DNA of 64,000 bases from Veleropilina oligotropha (GCA_048128005.1 JBEUKZ010000137.1:186001-250000); one strand, 5' to 3'. Positions 1 through 12,909 are shown, counted from the stretch's first letter. The notes: a model not told the origin generated them from the letters alone. Program-made: numbers and translations.

Positions 1-283
1 GGTAACCGCGAGGCTCTAGTGCAGGCAGGCCTGCACTCGATCACAGGCCGCCAAATATTGATGGAATGTGCTTAATATCATGGTCATGCTGTGACATATC
101 TATAAATTGCTGGAGGATAGCTTGAAACTCACTTCAGAATCCCAAGGTAAACCACCACATGGACTTGTTTGATCCAAGATTGATAAATGTACAAGTGATG
201 AAATCTAGAACTGAAGTCTACTCAGGTAAGTTTAAAGATAGGTCTTAACACAAAATATCCTCTGTCATCTAGGCGGACAAATT

Positions 284-286
<3 letters not shown>

Positions 287-328
<42 letters not shown>
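287..328. repeat. (TA)n microsatellite
   Basis: Direct read. Confidence 0.95.
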
Positions 329-332
<4 letters not shown>

Positions 333-376
333 AATATTATTATTATTATATTGTTATTTATATTTATTTCACCTAC

Positions 377-2774
377 CTGGAATGTCAGTAGCTTTCTGAG
401 TGGCATTTCTCGGTTTGGTCTTCAGGTTGCTCGTTTTCCAATTTCCAGTCAGGCTGCTATATTGTCAAGTCCCGGGTCCACAACCAATGCAAACAGCGCA
501 GAAACAACTTCGTTCTCGGGAACATGTGATGAATGGCTGAATACCTCGAAAGCTGTGAAGCGATCTTGAGTCCTTCAGTGTTTTGATGTTGTTTGTCCTG
601 CTAGGTCGTTGTCTGTTCACATCTCCTTCTTTCACGAAGAAGAAGGATCGTTTCCTATGGCAATGGTTGTTTTCGTTCTCGTTTGGAATCGTCAGGGAAC
701 CTTTTGCATAATTATAAAAATCGATGGAATTTGAAATTACTGCCCTTCGAGATGCAACCGCCAAAGAAGCGCTTCGTTTGATGACGCCAGTTTCTCCATC
801 GCACGGACCCTTTCCATGACGAGATCCAAAAAAGTGCTTTTCAACTTCAAAGCCAAAATCATCTTTACCGCAGGACATATCCACAAAGTTATACTTACAT
901 TTGTACTGAGTGGGTGCACCATCAGAAAAGTGAACTTCCTTTTCGATGTCTAATCCAGTCTGCAAAAGGTATTCATTTGCTTTTCCGATTGTGTGTTGTA
1001 CCAGGTGATAATCATGTTTGTGGTCTTCAGATATGAACACCAGTGAATGGTGCATAACCTCTTCACAGTCCTCTTCCAGACATCGGTGATATGCCACTAT
1101 TGGGTGAATGGTTACCTGCTGGTATGTCCAATGTGCACTTTGAGCCTCATCTTGATGTCGACAACAATAGTTTTCGGCAAAGTCAAGGCACATCAAAACC
1201 CATTTGCTCGGAACATTTTTCTTCAAGTATTCAAACTCCTTCCCTTGCCAGTTTGCGTTAAAGAGGTGTTTTGAAAATGGTATTACCTGTTTCTTTAACT
1301 CTTCTACAAATTCCTTAAAGGACCCATTAACACATTTGAGTGCCATGTACCTTTTAGACACTGGATTACCATTGGTTGTTGTGATCTTTTCATCCTGTTC
1401 CCACTTCTGCCACGATATCTGGTTTTCAGATGATACTCTTAGCAGGTTGGCAAGCTGCTGGTCCAATTTCTTGATTCCACAATCTTTGCAGGTTCTATCA
1501 ATACATTCTTTCTTGTAAAATCCAGCTTCTTTGGGGCACAAAGTATTCCGGGATAGATCATATCTATCACTGGCAATAACCGCGTTCTTGTTTTGCACAC
1601 AGAACGATTTCAGGCTTCTCACCTTGAAGTCAAGGTTGATGCAGTATTCGCATAGGCACTGTAGATATTTGTGCTTGTTCATCGTCATAATATTCTTGGG
1701 TTTCAAACTTACAAACTTGCTGAATGAAATTTTCTTGTCAGGGTTTTCTTCGATATATTTGTCAAATGTAGATTTTAATGAATTTTCCAATGCTCTTCTT
1801 ACAGACAAATCCTTTTTGACCGACCTCTGGTTTGGCAGCTCTCTTGATACATACATTTTTTCGTAGAATTCTGTAACTGTGTGAACAATACTTTCAGGCA
1901 AGGCATCTTTTCGCTCCTTCCTCTTGATTTCCAAAAGATCATCTTTGTTTTGTTTTGATATCTTTCGACTTAGGTTAAACTGCTTATGGAGCTTTCGATT
2001 GATCCTTCCCTTTGCGAGGACAGCACTGTGTATTACACGCCGTAAAAAATTATCCTTAGCACTTCTTCTTTTCTTTAATGTTTGAAGAGTTTCTCTAATC
2101 GTTACATGTGAATTTTCCAAATATTCCAATCTTTTCTTCGCACTTGGTGATACTATACATTTTTGCTTTAGTGCAGCTTTTTTCCTTGGGGTGCTCTTCT
2201 CAATCAAACTTGAAACAACAACAGCAAATTTGTCGGCATCTTTCGGCATAACACGTAATGACCGAGAAATCGCCTTTCGTTTGGCAACGGCAGATTGAAA
2301 ACCGCTACAGGTTGATGGCTTTGAGGACGTGTCCGTAACCTCTGGTGATGATATGATTCTGTTGACGTTCTGTGAGATTGGTTGTTTTTTACGTGCATAT
2401 ACATGTCTTCGTTGTTCATTAACTCTTCTTCTTTTTTGTGCGCTCATATTTTCTCTTTGGTCTTGTTTGTTTTTTCTCCAGACATCTCTCTGTTTTTCTG
2501 TGGCCTTTCTAGTTTGTGTCTTAATTGTGCCAGTGATGAAGCCTTGTTCTCGTTTTCGTTGCCTATATCTTTGATTTCTTATTCTTGATTTTTCATTGTA
2601 CCGTAGTTTTTGCTCATAAGACATTGATCCCCTAAATACTTTGATACGCAAGGTTTCATATTCCCTGTGACTTTTATAAGAAGACGCATCTTGTTTTAAT
2701 CTGTCTCGATACTCTTTCTGGAACTCAGCATTTGTCCGTTTCCTTCCATTAGTAACACTGGGTGCCGGTAATTC
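377..2774 (-). pseudogene. Main exon of a DDE/D-type DNA transposase (Sola-like motif pattern; superfamily not certain), with probable premature TGA at 465-467
   Basis: The 728-aa ORF 465-2651 extends in frame to an AG acceptor at 2775-2776 (ELPAPSVTNGRKRTNAEFQKEYR...). Motifs: CLCEYC, CxxRxCxxCG, LDFAENY, QDEAQSAHW..QVTIHP, FSDGAPTQYK, HGKGPCDG, SCFCAVC. The frame continues past the TGA to a GTAGGT donor at 375-376. Confidence 0.75.
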
Positions 2775-3072
2775 CTACACAAATAAAAATAATCTGATAA
2801 ACAACAGGCCTCATAGGACTGTATCCATAACCTGTTTTAATTTAAAAGGCGTGGACATATTTCCAAAGGTCGACATAAACAATGTTTTGTGGACCAAATT
2901 GTGGTGAATGTACCCACGAAGAATAGTGAGGAAATAACATTCAGCCAAGGGCCCATGAATTCGAGCTTATCATTACATAATTATATTGTTTTGAAATATC
3001 CTATCATGATCTAAACTTCACTTAATATTGTATGTAGATTTTGTTACTCTTAAAAGCAGAAGTTCTTGCTTC

Positions 3073-6000
3073 TTCTGATCAAACGAAAGACACTACATCA
3101 TATAGCGTCTCTGATATGAACATAAGGTTGACTATAAAAAGGAGTCAACTCTACTTTTACAAAACTCTACTTATACATGTATTATAAACTACTTTTTAAA
3201 TTTGAAACACGTCAATTAATAATAAAATCATAAGTATTGCATCATTTTATGTTCATATGAAAGACACCTAGTCTAAATAATTTTAGGTCCATCAAATATG
3301 ATCAAATGTAGTATTAAACCATTCCAATTTAAGTCCAATTTACCACAAGTTTATGCTTTGCAATCATTTGTCTTAACATAAAAAATATATTGAATACTGA
3401 ATGAATGGTGAAAATAGGTATTTAATATTAAAATCTCAAAGAAAAAATATTTATATGAATGACACCGTAAACTAAAACTAGAGGTATAATCCTCATACAG
3501 GCCCGCCTTTTGGATATATAAATCCATAGAGAGGAAAATAATCAATAACTCTATATCTTCAAAGTGCACGAAAATGACCTTGACCTTTGACCCAGAGACT
3601 CCATTTTTGAACTTAACCAAGGCCTGATGGTATACAAGGTGCATACCCAAGATGAAAGCTGTAGGTCCAGCGGTTCATCTTCTATGTGACAGAAAGCAAT
3701 CTTTGAAGTGCCAGAACAGAAATACACGAAAATGACCTTGACCTTTGACCCAGCGACCCCATCTTTGAACTTGGGCTAGGCCTGATGGTATACAAGGTGC
3801 ATACCCAAGATGAAAGCTGTAGGTCCAGCGGTTCATCTTCTATGTGACAGAAAGCAATCTTCGAAGTGCCAGAACGGAAATACACGAAAATGACCTTGAC
3901 CTTTGACCCAGCGACCCCATCTTTGAACTTGGGCTAGGCCTGATGGTATACAAGGTGCATACCCAAGATGAAAGCTGTAGGTCCAGCGGTTCATCTTCTA
4001 TGTGACAGAAAGCAATCTTCGAAGTGCCAGAACGGAAATACACGAAAATGACCTTGACCTTTGACCCAGCGACCCCATCTTTGAACTTGGGCTAGGCCTG
4101 ATGGTATACAAGGTGCATACCCAAGATGAAAGCTGTAGGTCCAGCGGTTCATCTTCTATGTGACAGAAAGCAATCTTCGAAGTGCCAGAAGGAAATACAC
4201 GAAAATGACCTTGACCTTTGACCCAGCGACCCCATCTTTGAACTTGGGCTAGGCCTGATGGTATACAAGGTGCATACCCAAGATGAAAGCTGTAGGTCCA
4301 GCGGTTCATCTTCTATGTGACAGAAAGCAATCTTCGAAGGGCCAGAACGGAAATACACGAAAATGACCTTGACCTTTGACCCCATCTTTGAACTTGGGCT
4401 AGGCCTGATGGTATACAAGGTGCATACCCAAGATGAAAGCTGTAGGTCCAGCGGTTCATCTTCTATGTGACAGAAAGCAATCTTCGAAGTGCCAGAACGG
4501 AAATACACGAAAATGACCTTGACCTTTGACCCAGCGACCCCATCTTTGAACTTGGGCTAGGCCTGATGGTATACAAGGTGCATACCCAAGATGAAAGCTG
4601 TAGGTCCAGCGGTTCATCTTCTATGTGACAGAAAGCAATCTTCGAAGTGCCAGAACGGAAATACACGAAAATGACCTTGACCTTTGACCCAGCGACCCCA
4701 TCTTTGAACTTGGGCTAGGCCTGATGGTATACAAGGTGCATACCCAAGATGAAAGCTGTAGGTCCAGCGGTTCATCTTCTATGTGACAGAAAGCAATCTT
4801 CGAAGTGCCAGAACGGAAATACACGAAAATGACCTTGACCTTTGACCCAGCGACCCCATCTTTGAACTTGGGCTAGGCCTGATGGTATACAAGGTGCATA
4901 CCCAAGATGAAAGCTGTAGGTCCAGCGGTTCATCTTCTATGTGACAGAAAGCAATCTTCGAAGTGCCAGAAGGAAATACACGAAAATGACCTTGACCTTT
5001 GACCCAGCGACCCCATCTTTGAACTTGGGCTAGGCCTGATGGTATACAAGGTGCATACCCAAGATGAAAGCTGTAGGTCCAGCGGTTCATCTTCTATGTG
5101 ACAGAAAGCAATCTTCGAAGGGCCAGAACGGAAATACACGAAAATGACCTTGACCTTTGACCCCATCTTTGAACTTGGGCTAGGCCTGATGGTATACAAG
5201 GTGCATACCCAAGATGAAAGCTGTAGGTCCAGCGGTTCATCTTCTATGTGACAGAAAGCAATCTTCGAAGTGCCAGAACGGAAATACACGAAAATGACCT
5301 TGACCTTTGACCCAGCGACCCCATCTTTGAACTTGGGCTAGGCCTGATGGTATACAAGGTGCATACCCAAGATGAAAGCTGTAGGTCCAGCGGTTCATCT
5401 TCTATGTGACAGAAAGCAATCTTCGAAGTGCCAGAACGGAAATACATGAAAATGACCTTGACCTTTGACCCAGCGACCCCATCTTTGAACTTGGGCTAGG
5501 CCTGATGGTATACAAGGTGCATACCCAAGATGAAAGCTGTAGGTCCAGCGGTTCATCTTCTATGTGACAGAAAGCAATCTTCGAAGTGCCAGAACGGAAA
5601 TACACGAAAATGACCTTGACCTTTGACCCAGCGACCCCATCTTTGAACTTGGGCTAGGCCTGATGGTATACAAGGTGCATACCCAAGATGAAAGCTGTAG
5701 GTCCAGCGGTTCATCTTCTATGTGACAGAAAGCAATCTTCGAAGTGCCAGAACGGAAATACACGAAAATGACCTTGACCTTTGACCCAGCGACCCCATCT
5801 TTGAACTTGGGCTAGGCCTGATGGTATACAAGGTGCATACCCAGTATGAAAGGTGTAGGTCCAGCGGTTCGTCTTCTATGTGACAGAAAGCATGAGGCGA
5901 CGGACGACGGACGCAGGACGACGGACGCAGGACGACGGACGACGGACGACGGACGCCAGTACACGGCTATAGCCCTGCCTTTAGAAGGCGGGCCAAAAAC

Positions 6001-7183
6001 ACTTTCGAGTCTCTGATGTGAACATAATACAATGCTTTTTTTTTTAAACCGTTTTCACTTTCCAATCATTTTCTGTTTTATTGCTATCTTAATAATCTAA
6101 ACTGCTTATTAATAATGTCAAGTAGCAATTTAATTAAAACCATGTAAAATAATTCACGCTCTTTTGTTCATATGAAAGACACTATAAGGTAAAATGATTG
6201 TGGTGTCTGTGATATGAACATAATTTCAAGTCTTCATAATCGCATTCTCTTTAAAACTTAAAATAATTATATTTTAAAATTTCACCTGTGGCATTCTATA
6301 CATCATTAATAATGTAGAGGAAAAAACCTTATTATATTAATAACATAAAAAGATTGATTCTCTTATGTTCACATAAAAGACGCTTTATAATTAAAACATT
6401 TTAGTGTCTCTGATACGAACATTATGTTTACTTTTTAAAAGCACTTTCTATTTACCAAAAAGTACATTTCTTCGTACATTTGACTTCCTTTATCATAATT
6501 TTAACAGAAACTTTTTCAGTATTGCAAGAGGTAAATTAATATAATGTCATAATGTAATAACATGATGTTCAAAGAAAGACACCAAAAAGTAAAAGACCAT
6601 TTGTGTCCAATGATGAACGTAAGAAGCGGTACTTAGATTCACCCATCCTTGAGATCAATGTAGTTATCGCATATATGTTACTAAAAATTATTCAAATAAA
6701 TAACATTTTTTAGATAGAGGCACAATATTTCTATTGAACATGTATTATATCATAATTGTTTCAAATCTTTTCTTATGTTCGTATGAAAGACTTCAGTTAT
6801 TTGCGTCTTTGATATGAACATAATTTGCAAATAGCCCCAACTAATCTTCCACTTTAATTGTCCATGAAAACATTTTTTAAATATATAATACTTGGGAACA
6901 CAAATATTTGTACATAAATCATTTACTAAAAGATATTCAGGCGAAAATTAGCGTCCTTTTCACTACGTTCACATGAAAGACACTCAAAATTATTTGTATT
7001 GTTGCGTCTCCGAGACGAACGTAAAAATTATGTAGTTCGGAAACATCGCCGCATTTTACGAACATTTACAAGTTAGACAATATATTTATGTACGAAAAGC
7101 AACAATATAATACTAAAAAACGTGTTAAAATATTATTTATTTATCCGAATACATTTAACAAACTTTCGTTCACTTAAAGACAC
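3073..7183. repeat. Periodic array of inverted motif pairs (TTATGTTCATATGAAAGACAC-N10/20-GTGTCTCTGATATGAACATAA) with non-repeated spacers, interrupted by the 3477-5998 insertion
   Basis: Left arms at ~3073, 3247, 3446, 6162, 6363, 6563, 6773, 6963, 7165; right arms at ~3105, 3286 (degenerate), 6007, 6203, 6404, 6603, 6803, 7004. Confidence 0.85.
3477..5998. mobile_element. Non-autonomous Helentron/HINE-like element with ~15 x 158-bp internal tandem repeats
   Basis: Starts ACTAG; sub-terminal inverted repeat GGCCCGCCTT (~3500) / AAGGCGGGCC (~5985); near-identical 158-bp units; (GACGGAC)n tract; terminal hairpin then an A-run. Confidence 0.8.
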
Positions 7184-7359
7184 CAAAGTTGCGTGCTGAC
7201 AACTTGTCAATATACGCATATTACTTCGGGAAAAAGTCCGACAAAGCTACGACGTTTTACTTTTATGGTGAATTATTTATTCTGTTGCATTTCAAAGTCT
7301 GTTTTAGTGTCTAATATAATGCTTTCGTTGTTAAATCTAGTCATTACGCTAAAACTTAC

Positions 7360-7413
7360 CACTTCCTTACGTTCGTCCCGTGTCCGGAGTCGACGGGACA
7401 CGACCTCCTCCAT
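7360..7413 (-). CDS. Putative first coding exon of the transposase (MEEVVSRRLRTRDERKEV)
   Basis: ATG at 7413, 18 codons, canonical GTAAGT donor, phase 0 matching the phase-0 acceptor at 2774; CpG-richer region. Confidence 0.65.
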
Positions 7414-8417
7414 CGCTGACAGCTGGCCCCGCGAGTAACTGTGACCTCTTTCTTTGCCGATATATAGCATCATCACGTGATATTGTTGCCACATTGGTCC
7501 GGAGCTAGTCGCTTTGTTTCGTAAATTTTACACCATGGTAAGCATTTTACGTGCGTATCGTGTATGACACGAAGTCGGTATGATATTATTTTATATTAAA
7601 ACACAAACTTATATATTTATTTTGGAATAGTGTAATTGTATTTCTAAACAGTGACACACAACCACAAAACTAACATATATACATCGTCGATATCGACTAA
7701 ACAAAATTAAACACAGGTAGTGGCTTTTACCCGCCGCATGAGACACTAAGAGATGCGAACGTAATGGCTTATAAAAAACGCTATTTTTCATTATAAAACA
7801 TTCGAATGACAAAGAAAAATGCATCTTTATTGTTAAAAGTGACTGGTTGACAGAATAAAAACAAACAATCAACTATTACAAATTAAATGACCAAAGGAAA
7901 ACAACTTTTCAAATATTATGCTGAAAATGTCACACTTTGTCATGGAAAATGTAGGCCATATTTCAAGTGTTTCATAACAATGGAAATTTATTCCCAGAGT
8001 TACAGTAACCAAATTAAAGCATTTATTTCTGCAACTATTGCTACAAACAAAAAAACAAATCCAGCATTTCAATATATATATTTTTTTTATAAATTTGACA
8101 TATATGTGTATTATACATGTAAACACCAGTATAGAATACATACTTATATATTTCTTTGTTTAACATTTTGGTGCATGAATCAAATTAAAAGATAACCTGA
8201 GAATTATGCCACAGAAAAGGTTTGAAATTTTTCATCCAAAAACTTTAATGATCGAATCTCTCCAAACAGTTACGAAAATTGGCAATTAAAATAAATAACT
8301 TTTCAATTTTCAGTAACAAATCAAAGATTATCCTTCGTACCAAAATGGTATTGTAATGGTATTTTACATTTAAATGGATGTAATTCATCACCAAAAAAGG
8401 TAAGGCTCTCTGGTAGC

Positions 8418-8681
8418 GATGAGGGAGGAATGATGCTTAATGTCCTGTATATTTACGACATCGAGGTTGAAGGCAGGACATGTCCGTGTTATCGCGGGAG
8501 GAAACCACGGTCGCCCGGGTAAACCCGCCCTCTTCGGACAGTCACGGACAACTGTGATTCATAACTTGAACAAATGTCAATGCCTCAGCCAGGTATTGAA
8601 CCCACTACTGTTCGCATTAGCGGAATCAAGCCGGTGAATTTAGAGTGGACACTCTTACCCACTGCGCTGCCGAAGCGGCCT
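8418..8681 (-). mobile_element. tRNA-derived SINE, family A (V-domain-like core)
   Basis: Box A/B-like head (GCAGCGCAGTGG...GGTTCAATACC), core GGGTTTACCCGGGCGACCG.GGTTTCCTCCC, 12-bp TSD CTCTCTGGTAGC at 8406-8417 and 8682-8693. Confidence 0.85.
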
Positions 8682-8955
8682 CTCTCTGGTAGCCTCATGG
8701 TCTCGAGTGCCGACTCTAATATCTCTGGCTTGATTGTTTTATCTAACGAGAGCACTCCAATCTCAATTGTGGCAATGGCACTCGCTGTTCAGTTACCAGC
8801 CACAGTTGTCTGTAACTGCCTGGATAGGTCGGATTTCCCTGGGCGATAATTTGGACATGTCCTGGTTTTAACATGAAGGTTATAAATATACAGGACATTA
8901 AGCATTGACCCAATACAATCCAATCAAACCAAAATTTAAATTTGAACATACACAA

Positions 8956-9206
8956 GGGAGGGAGGAATGATGCTTAATGTCCTGCATATTTACAACATCG
9001 AGGTTCATGGCAGGACATGTCCGTGTTATCGCGGGAGGAAACCCCAGTTGCCCGGGTAAACAGGACCTCTTCGGCCAGTCGCGGACAACTGTGATTCATA
9101 ACTTGAACAAATGTCAATGGTATTGAACCCACCACTGTTCGCATTAGCGGAATCAGGCCAGTGAATTCAGAGTGGACACTCTACCCACTGCACTGCCGAA
9201 GCGGCC
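8956..9206 (-). mobile_element. tRNA-derived SINE, family A
   Basis: Homologous to 8418-8681; TSD GAACATACACAA at 8944-8955 and 9207-9218. Confidence 0.85.
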
Positions 9207-9303
9207 GAACATACACAAACTGAACTACAGAAATTAATGATTTGATACTTGAGTAACACAAGTACTGATACTGCAGCAACATGTTCAGCTAGAAAATGAA
9301 TAA

Positions 9304-9376
9304 CATGAACAATATGTTTCATGAACAATATATTTCATGAACAATATATTTCATGAACAATATATTTCATGAACAT
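9304..9376. repeat. 16-bp minisatellite (CATGAACAATATATTT) x~4
   Basis: Direct read. Confidence 0.85.
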
Positions 9377-9417
9377 GTTAAGGATGACCTACAAAAACGG
9401 TATTTCAATACTCAGAC

Positions 9418-9548
9418 CTTTTCCCTCGATCTTCAGGACGTTGACGGCCGCGAGGAATGAGTACAGCTGCGTCTTCTCCAGACTCTCGATGTCACGCAGC
9501 TTGATGATTTCTTTGTATTTATTCGAGACGTCCTTCAGAAAAAATAGC
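9418..9548 (-). CDS. DENND3: DENND3-like exon (RLFFLKDVSNKYKEIIKLRDIESLEKTQLYSFLAAVNVLKIEGK), GRAM/PH-like region
   Basis: TAG acceptor; phase continues from the 15627 exon (AG|G). The donor GTCTGA is weak, so the 3' boundary may shift by a few nt. Confidence 0.75.
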
Positions 9549-11341
9549 CTACAAATCCAATAGGTTTACTTTATTTAGTGTTCCTGACTATTCAATAGAG
9601 TTTGGTACCACAGGAAATCGAGTACCGCGGTATACCGCGGTTTTTACCTCTATACCGCAGTTTGTACCACGGTATACCGCACATAAATTTGTTAGTAAAA
9701 CATATGGCATTGTCTTACACAATGTGTCATATGCGTAGCACCATTGCAGGTATGTAAACCAAACTTGGCATATCAGTAGCATAGATGTTTAGAAATATTA
9801 TGACACCTATGGACGTGGTGAGTTGGTCAAATGACCCACAGCAGCCGTATAAATCAAATCGACCAAAACTGCTTCACACAAATCGGCTGTAGGATAAGGA
9901 AGGGAAATGATCGATGCTTGTTTTCCAGTATTAGGTTCAAAACAGACCATGTCCATATTACCGTTGGATGAAAACCTGGTCAACACTGGTAAATCCGACC
10001 AGTTACGGACAACTGTCAGAGCGATCTCGTGTAATCAGAGATTTCCATGTAGGCCTATTATAATGTAGGCCTACTATGAATTACGATAATTTCTTCAAAT
10101 ATCAAAATAAATTCTTTCAATTATTAAATACTAAATAATGTCTTTGATTGCTAACTGGTTGAACATTATGAGGCATTTAAATTAATTGTTTATTTAATTA
10201 CAAACAAACATAATGGTTGGGCCTATAAATATATAGTATATACTGAAAACGAGGCGCGGGGCTGTAATACAATGTCATGTATCTACACGAAGCTGGAACA
10301 CGATGCGCATATTGACGATACAGGGAAAAGTTATATATTCCCGGAATAAAGACCACATTTACAATGTGACATGTTAAAGAAGGCGTACAATATGATTTGG
10401 TAGCTTTTGGTAAGTTTGAGGAATAGATATCTTATTGTAGTGTTTTCTCATAACGTCCGACCTTTTCATAGGCAGGATGAAAACTTTTCTTTACACAATT
10501 ATTGCTTTACTGACCATTTCTAAAATGCACAGCCGTTGACTTCTCGATCCGTGAGCTGCCAACGATGTGTGATACATGTTTATAGCTACTCAACCTTAAC
10601 ATTTTTTAGTCTTGTAAAATACCGGTTTAGTACCGGTGTACCAGGAATTTCCCCCCCCCGCAAATCCTCCCCCCAAGGGAGAAATTCCTAGGAAATCTCC
10701 CCCCCCCCGTGGATGATTTCCTAGGAAATAATCCCCCCTGCGGGGGAGTATTTCCTAGGAATTTCTCCCCCCACCATGGAAAAACTCCCCCCACTGATAT
10801 TAACAAGAAATAGAAAAAGTGTGTGCCTAACATTATTATTCAAGAACCAAGATATGCACATTCAGTTTGTTCATCAAGTTTAACCCTTTGATCTTTCATA
10901 TTCTTTGGCTCCCATGCAACGTAGATGCGAGCCTATGTAATGATGATGTACGCCTGGCCGGCCATCCGCAATGAATGTTAAAGTTTTTCAATCACGCTAT
11001 ATAGGCTCTCTTTATCATAACTTTAGTGTAGGTTGGCTATTCCCATGTTGCACATCACTACACTAGTAATATTGAATATAATTTAAATATTTGCTTTCTT
11101 CATGATTAATCCAAGGTCCTAGAATATTATATTTATATTACTGTGATTGCTTCTAAGAACTAGATGTTTTAATTAATGTATGGCTACTATAGAATTATGC
11201 AATATGTCATGCGAGCCATATCGGCTTCGACGTTCTAGTTAAATTATAATGTGAACAGTGAACACTCACTTTTTAAATCTATAGTTGTTCATTAATCTCA
11301 ATCGCGGTAACACTCAGTCTGACAGCAGGCATCTCAAATTT

Positions 11342-12619
11342 TAACAAGTGCTATCGATATAGCGGTATCCCCCGCGGTAAAGCATTTTGTCAATATATGC
11401 AAGAAATAGATTTAGTACAATGTTTGGATGGTATGGAGATTTCTTATTGAAATTGGGCTTTACTTCCTAGATATATCAGCCAGCATACAAAATATATCTT
11501 GAGCAGCCCACATGCACTAATTGAACAACTTTGTCCAAACTTGCAAATGTAACAAATTATTTGTGTTAAATAAATCAAAATTTCTATGTCCAAATACACA
11601 AATTTAATACAGATTTTGTGTTAAATTGAATGCAACATCACTGCCAGAGCAGCATGTAGCAAAACAGACCCAACCCATATGCACTAATCAATATAACTGT
11701 CAGAATAGTAGGTAACAACTATGAAGCATACACCAATGCATATGTTTGCAAAAACATGCTTTAATTAATCAATCAATATTTGCTAATTGAAAAACTTTAA
11801 CCGAAAATGTTTACTAAATTTCTACGTAAAAAACAGCAATTATTTATTTTAAATTGTATTAAGGATAGCAGGTAGTGCCAATAAGGCCAACACCAAAGAA
11901 TATGCATTAAAAATTGACTTACTAAACCTATATGCAATCATCGAAAAACTTTAACCTAAACAATTTAACAGAAATTTAAATATTCTATATAAAAAACACC
12001 AATTTCACAAATTATTTATATTAAATTTTTTTCAATATCACTGCCAGGCTTAGCAGGTAGCATAAATATAGCCACCAACAAAGCATAAGTATGCAAAAAA
12101 TTGCAATGATCATTGTATAAGCACTCAGTTAAAAACTTTAACTGAAAATTTGTAACTAAATTTATATGTCCCAAAACACCAATTTCATGCATTATTTATA
12201 TAACATTATAGCGTAAATCATTGCCAGAGTATCAGGTCACATCCATATAACCATTATTAAAGCTTGTGTATGCCGAAATGTTCCTTGAGCAATCGATATA
12301 CTAAAAAAAAAAAACTTTAACCAAAAACTTAAACCGAAAAATGTTTATGTTCAAAGTGCTATTTTTTCACAAAATAAATAAAAAATCTTTTTGTTTTTGA
12401 TTCCAACTAAAGGCTAAACATGTCTACTTTCCATCTAAATAGGTTTGATTGAGTTATTCATCCATTAAATGCATGTAATACCTTATCCAAAAACTTTAAC
12501 CAAAATTGTGACCGGACGGACGGAGGGACGGACGGACGGAAGGCCGGCCGGACGGACGGCCGGATGCTATCCCTATATCCCCCTTCGCCTTTTTCCTTCG
12601 GAAGCCGCGGGGGATAACA
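11342..12619. mobile_element. HINE-like element, family B
   Basis: Starts AACAAGTGCTATCGATATAGCGGTATCCCC; degenerate internal repeats; (GGAC)n; terminal hairpin ending CCGCGGGGGATAA. Homolog at 28365. Confidence 0.75.
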
Positions 12620-12909
12620 AGTAACAGAAGCGGACATAATCAACTGCACTATGGATTAATTTTTTGTCTAAAAGGAACTTATTTCTGCCCTGAAGTTAAA
12701 ATGCTCGAGCGGCTGCAATATTTAAATTAAATCTTTGTTTACAAGTACAGTCACATAATTTACAACGATAACAAGGATATTATAATCTACCATTCCTGAA
12801 ATTTTATTGCAAGAGTAATTTAGGCGAATTAGGAAAGCATTTCAACTTTGCTAGATCGTAAAATTGCGACGACCATTGATAACAAGTAATTTTGGATTGG
12901 ATTGTATCA

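Noticed and set aside
3682..5763. Repeated 67-119 aa ORFs
   Set aside because: Translations of the 158-bp tandem unit, with no sign of coding function.
3073..7183. Annotating the 200-bp array as a true CRISPR
   Set aside because: The repeats are degenerate, the spacers ~140 bp, and there is no cas gene or evidence of foreign spacer origin. Reported only as CRISPR-like in layout.
2774..9418. In-frame DENND3-transposase fusion by splicing
   Set aside because: The host exon ends in phase 1 and the transposase acceptor is phase 0, so a direct join is out of frame.
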